From positions 33,914,001 through 33,978,000 of the forward strand of contig OZ024746.1 in the NCBI GenBank assembly GCA_964016885.1: a stretch of 64,000 nucleotides of DNA. Reading direction: 5' to 3'. Positions 55,291 through 64,000 of the stretch are shown here, piece after piece (within the stretch, counting starts at the first letter, position 1; each line of letters opens with the position of its first letter). The stretch comes from Eledone cirrhosa. Taxonomy: Eukaryota. The position numbers and the translations under genes are program-made. The notes under the pieces were generated by a model. That model did no database searches, was not told the origin of the DNA, and worked only from the letters and a program-made list of their open reading frames with translations.

Positions 55291-57632
55291 TTGATCATAT
55301 CTCATATTAACACATTTTGTTCATTATGTCCAGCAACTGTGCAATTAAATTTCATATGCAAATTACGATAAAAGCTATGGAGTACATATTTAGGTGGAAA
55401 TGTTCAAAATTTGACCATATCTTAAATTTGGTATTTTATGTACTGAACACACGGTTCAGTACAATAGACATCGTCTTTGAAAATAGCTTTTTACCTAAAG
55501 TATTTGTGCCAAATTCTAAAACCTATCAACGAGTGAGGTAATTTAAAGTATTACATACTTTTTCTAGGAAGCAAGTTTAAATCAGATATATCAGATATAT
55601 CGCTTTGCGTTTGTTTTTAAACTTCATTGCAGATCAAATGATTCTAGTTGAAGATCTGATGAAACTATCTCCATAATGCCATGAAATTGATATTGTAAGG
55701 TTGAAATACCTTTGCATGTTCATCGATATCTAAACTCTATCGGTTGAAAATTCAGCTTTATGTTAGTGATAATGTATCATGGGAATCGTTGAAAAAATAG
55801 AGCATCTGTTAATTGGTTTTATTTTTCGTAGCATGCAAAGTGGTTGAAATTATTTATCATTAGCTGCGATAGAAAAAAGTGTTAATTTGTGTTACAAAGC
55901 TTCCAGTACAGAGTATATGTCAGATGTATGCTAAGATTCACACTATAATCGATAACAGAACACGTAATGAAACCTCATTATATCAGCCAATAATGCAAAT
56001 TTCGACAATAAATCACTATTTGCTCGTAAAGGCTGAGCTCGATTTTTCTCCTTCTACATATGTATGAATCTCTCTCCGAAGTTTAGCAAAGTACTTTACA
56101 GATACGCAACAATCGTACAACATGTTGCTAACATAAATTGTTATGTAAAGATTATACATCCTCAAAAATGGCTCAAATCTTGTTTTATGGTAATTATTGC
56201 TGTGGCATATACAGACAATTTAACGGAAAGTGTACATGCTTCTTTAATGTAAACCGTCATGTCAAATAGCACCATATATAATTGAATATTCATCGTTGTA
56301 TCAGTTGCGGATTAGGAGGCTCTAGGCTGGTGGATGGAAGCCGAATTGGTTGTAGTCAATGCCCCATCAGTGTTTTATTGCACGCCACTAGATTAATAAG
56401 CGAGGGCATTGATGCAAGCTGTATCCAGGGGCCAGGCGTGAGCTTTGTTCGCCGTTGCGTGATATTACAAAATAATAATTAGGAAATATAGTTAGATAAG
56501 TGGTTAGATAATTGAAAATAGTTCGAATGATCGTAAGCAGAATGGTTGATATACTATATAGATGTACTATAAAAATATAATACGGATAAGGGTCCATGAA
56601 ATGACAGTGGATCATAGAAGTATAACAGATATTTGAGAGAGAGAGAGATATCCCCAATTCCTATTATGATGATATCCTACACATCAACAAATATGAATAT
56701 ATAATTAAATAAAGTTAAATAAATGAATTAATATACGATTAATACACAAGATGTTAGAACATTATATGGATTAAACTTGGGTAAATTGAATAGAAAATGT
56801 ATACATAAACGAATATTATGTCCAGAAATATATATATGAACAAAACATATCCTGCAGTAAAAGAAGGATAATCGTTATGTAATTATTTTATTTTAATCCT
56901 CGGAGGAAGTGTGATATCACTCATTGAAATTATTTCTCTCAACAAGTATCGTTTCTTAATCATTCGTCGAAACCGATCTATTTTCGGCCCTGTTCTCCCG
57001 TTAATCTAAAAGTGAAAACATTCTGTTTAAATTCTTCAACATGGACAGATTTTGATTTTGTATAAAATGAAGTAATATCACTTATAGTATTTAATATGAC
57101 GCACCGACATATTTTAAACCTATGCCAAAATGATAGATTTAAAAAGAAATTGAATATTATTGTTCACTAAACAAATTTGGAAAAGAAAGCGAAGAATGCC
57201 TATACGAATTATCACATTAAATTGAGTACATCTGCTAGATAAAAAGACATTTTGTGGACAAGATCTTGCCTGCGAATACTAGTTTGACGACCGCTTCCCA
57301 GTGCTAAAATACATTGAATTAATTACCTAAATTAAATTTCTAATTTCTTTGGGGAACGTTAACGAGTTAAGGGATTTTCGATATACCGATGAAAAGATTT
57401 TCCTCAAGAAAATGAAGAAGTTAACAAGTTAATGATATATTCGAACGGAGTAGTAAATCTTAAAAACATCATTATAGTGAAGGTGGGTTTGCTTAAGAAG
57501 CCGTATATTGCAAATGGGTTAGAATTACCAAGGTAAAAAGTCGAAACAGAAATAATAATCAATGTTAAATCCGAAACTCTTTGAGACTAATAAATTACTA
57601 AGATAACTTTCAGTCATTATTTATTTTATTAA

Positions 57633-57820
57633 TGGGTAGTGAATCGACAGTATCAGTGGAGCGTCGGACATGCTGTGACGCATAGAGTTACGTCCCTTTA
57701 CGTTCTGAGTTCAAATCCGTCGAGTTTAACTTTGGCTTTCAGCCTTACGGGGTCGATAAAATAAAGTACCAGTAATGTAATAGATAATTGCTGGCCTTGT
57801 GCCAAAAAAAGAAACAATTA
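57633..57820 (+). mobile_element. tRNA-derived SINE
   Basis: GAGTTCAAATCC B box, CCTTACGGGGTCGATAAAATAAAGTACCAG core, and tail. Confidence 0.88.
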
Positions 57821-60550
57821 TTTATTTTATTTTCCTTGAAGTCCCATGTTTTTAATTACTACCTCATGTCTCTCAATTATCTTCCTTGGTAATTCTAAAC
57901 CGCTTTAATTTTAGAACTTTCTAAACGTAGCTACTCTTCATTTTCATATTCCGCAATGCTTCAAGCAAACTATTAGACCTGATATCATAATAAATTACAC
58001 AGCCTCTTGGTGAGGGGTTTAGAATATGATTTGCCTATTTATTTTTGTTTGTATCAAATGTAAGGCATCAAATTAACTTCTTTTCGTTTTACGTTGATGG
58101 GTATTAAAAGTAAGCCATTTTATTTCATTTTATTTGATTTACCTTGTATTCCTTTTGTGATAGGTTGTAGTTTGCATTTCACTGAATTTAACGCAATGAT
58201 AAATGATAATACAACTTATTTAGACGCTTTACTTTAATGATCGTCACCAATGATACAACCAGATATGTCTTCTTCTCACGACAACTAGACGACATTTTTA
58301 ATGTTCTAAAAAAACAGCATATATACAATTAATGTTGAAATGGGAAGTAACATAGAATTTACTTGAAACAAACAAACAAATATTTCTTATGGATGTAAAT
58401 TACAAGTAATATAAACACTGTAATATAAAATATATAAACGTAAAGAGGGCATGCCCTTCCCAAAACAGAAACACTCTGCAAACACTGTACACTGATATCA
58501 ACCTTTACTCATGACTCCTGCCAAATCAAATCGTGCTCACCATCCCAATTCCGCAAATCAAATGCGGACAACATCACCCCAAACATCGCATACGGACTGC
58601 AAAAGCCACCAAATGGCGAAGGCAGACGTTATCAAACTGCAGATGCCATATTAAATAGTTTCTATACAATAAAGCAAAAAAGTCTATTATTACATTATGA
58701 ATCTTATATGCAAATTCTCCATAAATTATTTATACAATTTGGAAATTTCAGCACAAACGAATGAAAGTTAAATGTACAGGATTTATTGGAAAGCACAGGT
58801 AAAAAGAACATTGATAATATTTCTTTAAAATACAAAGTTTATTGATGAATAGCAACTTTAATAGATTCCATCAACAGTGGAAGATGCAATAATCCTTTAT
58901 AGGCAGTCTGCACAGTGATGGAGAACATGCATCAACGTAATTCTCAATGTTGAGAAACATCGGAACGAGTTACGATGATTAGTCAGACTAAATTCTATAG
59001 TGATGGAAGTAAAAATCCCTTTTCAAGCAAGTTTGGTATATCAACATGGTTAGAACTCGAGTTGCAAAATGAATGTGAACAAAAGTGAAGAGAGGGAGAC
59101 AGATGTATCTAAACGGAAGCTGCTGGTCCGAAAGGTATTGTTAAAAAGGGAGTCATGACAAAGTGACCAGAATCTGACAGTGGTGTGCGTGAACAGAATT
59201 TTATGAAAGAGACGCAATGAAATGGTAGTGTCACATCACAAGCAAAGAGAGAATGCATGTAAAATTATTAAGAGTTTCAATCGAATAAGTAAATTGAACT
59301 AAGGCGACCGTATATTTGTATACACAATAAAGAGGAAAGTGTTGTTTTGAATATTTGATGTGGTGTTACTATTTCATATTAGGATAGTAGAAATAGACCG
59401 CTAAGTAATTGGAACAAATCAAAATGTAAATTACAAATTATAGTTGACATGGCAGCAAGATATATCATCCCATTTATAAAAGTATATCTGGCGGCATTTA
59501 TTTTTTTTTTGTATAATAGTTGCGTGATGGTTTCGAGAATATAGAGTTTTATGTCAATGAGGATTTGGAAATACTCTTGGTAACGACAAAACTCACAGAG
59601 CATATTTGTCCCAGGGTTCATGGAATATATCCAGTTATCGTTGCTTGTTTGAATCCTTAGTAACCCGGTTGAAAATGAATTCAATAGCTAAGTTATACAG
59701 ATTATATAGTCGCACATGCACTCATACTAGGCCGGACTAAATTATGGAATTATGGTCAATATCAGCTATCACATGTGTAACGGCCTTCCATTGTAAAGCC
59801 GAAAATGTTTCAGTGGTGTATGATATGCAAAGGAGTAGAAATATACATTTTCCATACGCACAAAGACAATTTGCAAGGAACGTTATTGTGAAAATCCGCC
59901 AGTGAATGTGTAGGTAAAGGTATGGAAGTTATAGAGAAGTCCATAGGGTGTATTTGAATATCATAGTTACTACAGTGGCAATATACCACATATATGCGTT
60001 CCGTAAGCACTAATTACTTGGTCATCAGAAATAACGAAACGTACGTTCCTGGTATGGTGCTCTGTAGTAACTGGCCTTAACAATGATATATGTGTCGGGC
60101 TAGGGAGTAACTCATAATACATTCTAATGTCTCTTCCAATATACTACGTTTAATATTATAGTAGCAATGGTGTAAGGTAAGGAGGATATGAGTGGTCTGT
60201 CAGCACAGTTTCCAGCGATCTAGAACAGATAAAAATTCCCTAACAACACAACTGATCGATAGGTTTACGTATATGAACATACACAATATGATTATAAATA
60301 AGACAAACAACACATATACACATACATACGTACGTAGAGCTATAATGGAGACTATTATAAGTATTTTATATTTACCATGTAACATTCTGACATAACATGT
60401 TTCAAAGGGATAGTATATTGCAAACATCAGATATAATCAGATATATACACACACACACGCGCACACACACGCACAAACACACACGCACACATACACACGC
60501 ACATACACACACACACACACACTCACACACACATATATATATAGTAATAA

Positions 60551-60741
60551 CAATTGTTTCTAATGTTGGCAGAAGGCCAGCAATTACTCAGTGCATTACT
60601 GGTACTTTATTTCATCGACGCCTTAAGGATGAAAGGCAAAGTTAACCTCCGGGGGATTTGAAATCAGAATGGAAAGGGCCGTAACTCTATGCGTCAAAGC
60701 ATGGCGTCCGACCCTCTACCAATACTGCCAATCCACCGCCC
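60551..60741 (-). mobile_element. tRNA-derived SINE
   Basis: Full copy in reverse complement. Confidence 0.9.
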
Positions 60742-60917
60742 TTATATATAGTAATAATAATTGTGAAGACTAAAATCAGAAGAGGGCCCGATAAGGATAA
60801 TATATATATAAAAATATATAAAATCATAGAGCCAACATTTATTGAAATAACGCTGCTGAAAGCTACGATTCTTTGCTTAAACATTAATCTGTTATTTTCC
60901 TATATATATATATATAT

Positions 60918-61088
60918 GTAGAAGTAGTATTTAAATTGTTGGGATACAACAAGCAAATATTTTTATAACTGATATAAAGCACTCAACAAATTATTGGAGT
61001 AAAAATACGATATATTAACAAATGGAAACTATATGGTTTTAAAAATATGGTTTTATAAATATAGTTTCCATTTGTTAATATATCGTAT
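60918..61088. mobile_element. short fold-back copy of the 45.7-kb element family
   Basis: Homologous to 45725-45840. 61005-61034 and 61059-61088 are inverted. Flanked by (TA)n. Confidence 0.8.
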
Positions 61089-62420
61089 ATATATATATAT
61101 ATATATGTGTGTTTGTGTGTGTGTGTGGGGGGGTGTTATGTTGGTGTGTAAAGCGGTATGTGCAAATATTCATTAAGTTACTTTCAATAATTATTAAAGA
61201 ATGTAAGCAGAGAAAACATTTCTATACATATTGTCGTGTCAGATATGTTTACATGTATATGTAATTATGTAATTTATGTATATGATTATGACTTACCATT
61301 TAAAGTAATAGCTCGTCTAGCATTACATGTGTTTGTAGGGCTGCCTGTATATACTATTGGAGATCAAAGTAAAATTTGTAATTTAAATAAAATATAAAAT
61401 AGACTGAATATATACAGAATTAAGCAATTCAATTAAATTCAGCTATGCAGTGGCTTTTGAGTCGAATACATATAGGAAAAATACTACATATACAATTAGT
61501 TGGATCAATCATATATGTAATATAAATATACATATACATAAATATAAACAAAGTGGAAAATATATATGTATATAGAGAGAAAGAGCAATACATCCTATTA
61601 GAAAGACATATTCCATAGAAGAATATGTACACAGGTATATGAATATGTGTTTTGTATATATATACAACATACAGTTCCTTAAACCATATATGGCTTTTTC
61701 TCTCTATATAAATACATATAACTTTTTCACTTGGTTTATTATGGCTCTAGATAATGTTTATCGAGCTCGCTTATGGTGTAGGTATTGTATGGTAGATTTT
61801 ACTCCCTGGTTTATTTTTTGCGATTATACCTCTTGCGTAAAGAAAAAACACATTATTCCTTCATCTGAATGATGTTGTTTTTATCCTTAAATGTAGGTTT
61901 ATTTCCACGAATGCGTGGGTTATTGTATTTAAATCATTTCCCTCAATTCCTTTAATACAGTTTTGGCGTTTATGGGTTTATTTGCTCTATGACTGATATG
62001 ATTAATAGTTACTAGACATATGAACAGGTGCATGCGTAGTACTTTTATTAACCATTAATTATTACTTGTACTGCTGCCATGTTGTTTCAGTTGTAGCGTA
62101 CGCGTAGGTGTATTAATTTTCTAGATGTGCGTGTGACTGTTAGACATTTTATGGGTTTTACTGACAATAATTATCACATTATTCAAAATATGGTCAGCCT
62201 TATCTTAAGTGTTTAGAGGCGATCTTATTATGAACATTTATTAAAGGAATGTTCTTATATAAAATAAAATTTGTAGGTGAAATATCCTATTTGGTAGTCG
62301 TTTGTAGATATTTGATGGTGTCTTGGTATTTACTCCTATTCTGGATCTCTAGCAAAGTGTGTATGTGTGTGTCTGTTTGTGTGTGTGGGTGTCTGTGTGT
62401 CTGTGTATATATATATATAT

Positions 62421-62508
<88 letters not shown>

Positions 62509-63299
62509 GTCTAGCTTTGTGTGATCCGCCGATAATCAGATTGGTTGATTACGGATTACTGGTTAATCGATTGAAAATGTTGTAATTCCTTACTATGTAA
62601 ATCTAGTGCGCTTTGAAGAAGCGTGTTGAAATAAGATTTAGGTAATAATAACATATTTCATAATTGATCAGAATTATGTAGCTACTGGTGTAGGGCACAT
62701 GATCTCAAAATGTGGTTGCTCATACCGAAGGATATGAAATCGACTGCAAATATCGGCTACAATATGTTAATGGAAGCATTCTCCAGTATTTATATTAACA
62801 TTTACCATTTCATAAATTAAATAAAACGATCTTCTCAGATTTATGTGAATAATATATGATGAAATTACACTATATTTCACTGTAAACTTTCATTGTATTT
62901 AAGTAAACATCTAAGGGGAAATATGTATAATTGTCAAATATAATACTTAAAAAAAACAACGAAAATGCAATATACCCTTTCAGTTGGTGGTAGGATCTTT
63001 CTTCTACCGTTGCACAATTTAACTTACAGGGAGGTATAATACCTGGGCAGTCCCACGTAAGTTCCGGTTGTGTAGATTATCACCGACCATCAATAGTACA
63101 AACAGGTATAAAAAGAAAACGTTACATACTTCAAAAAACGTTTTTTTACTTTTTATATCCAGTGCTTTGCGAAATTTTCCAAGAATTTCATGCTCTTCAT
63201 CAATAATTGGAAATTATGAAAAAAGATTAATAACAAAAAATACCGATGCTTATTATCCACTGATTAAGAATTACAACCAACGCAGCCATTAGCTGCTTT

Positions 63300-63540
63300 C
63301 AGTTGCTGACCAAAGATCAGTTACTACTACACGTGGGTTTCCGACGGCCACTTTAGTTGTAATGTCGATTTCCATAAATCCTCCATTGGACTGCTGGCTA
63401 ATGAGAATTTCTTTCGCCAGAATTTGATGGTAAATGATTTATTTTTAATGGATGACCAGCGGATTCTCCACCGACTTTGATACTGGACTATACCAGATTA
63501 CATGTGGATATTCGTATTCTGGTTGATTTTGTGTTCTAAA
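63300..63540 (-). mobile_element. possible ancient L1/Tx1 ORF2 fragment
   Basis: LAKEILISQQSNGGFMEIDITTKV resembles the post-RT GGL..D motif; the match is weak. Confidence 0.3.
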
Positions 63541-63752
63541 CAAGGAAGACACTGTCTGCTTAAATTGATGAAATTGTGGTAACTTTAATGTTTACATATG
63601 TTAATCTGTCGATATAATAATGACAGCTTTGATACCTTAGGCCTCAGGCTGCAGATGAATGAAAATGTTTAGCTAAAATGTAATCAACGAGATCGAAATC
63701 ACTGCATAGAGATCTACAACTGTATTACCTCTCTTTCTGTCTGTCTATCTGC

Positions 63753-63927
<175 letters not shown>

Positions 63928-64000
63928 CACATAGATATATATACATATAAACACACATATATATATATATATGTACATACATATATACGTATATATATGT

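Overview
AT-rich, microsatellite-dense eukaryotic DNA, intronic or intergenic. The dominant tRNA-derived SINE and the repeat landscape suggest an octopod cephalopod (inference). I found no convincing host protein-coding exon, and almost all track ORFs are translations of (TA)n, (CA)n or (CTT)n tracts or of transposon debris. Contents: about 15 copies of a tRNA-head SINE with a Meta-like core; several RTE-clade LINE fragments; Tx1/L1-clade LINEs, including three copies stacked in an (AAT)n tract; a mariner remnant; a non-autonomous Helitron; an 83-bp minisatellite; and a 5'-truncated Penelope-like element (RT plus GIY-YIG). The most notable signal is a set of about 14 type I minimal hammerhead ribozyme motifs (CUGANGA...GAAA...UH), identified and folded by eye. 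They lie in short non-coding elements that mostly sit in (TA)n tracts and repeatedly form fold-back palindromes, several with junctions at or near the ribozyme. One is a ~430-bp tandem, ORF-less, one-ribozyme-per-monomer repeat (retrozyme-like) directly next to the Penelope element.
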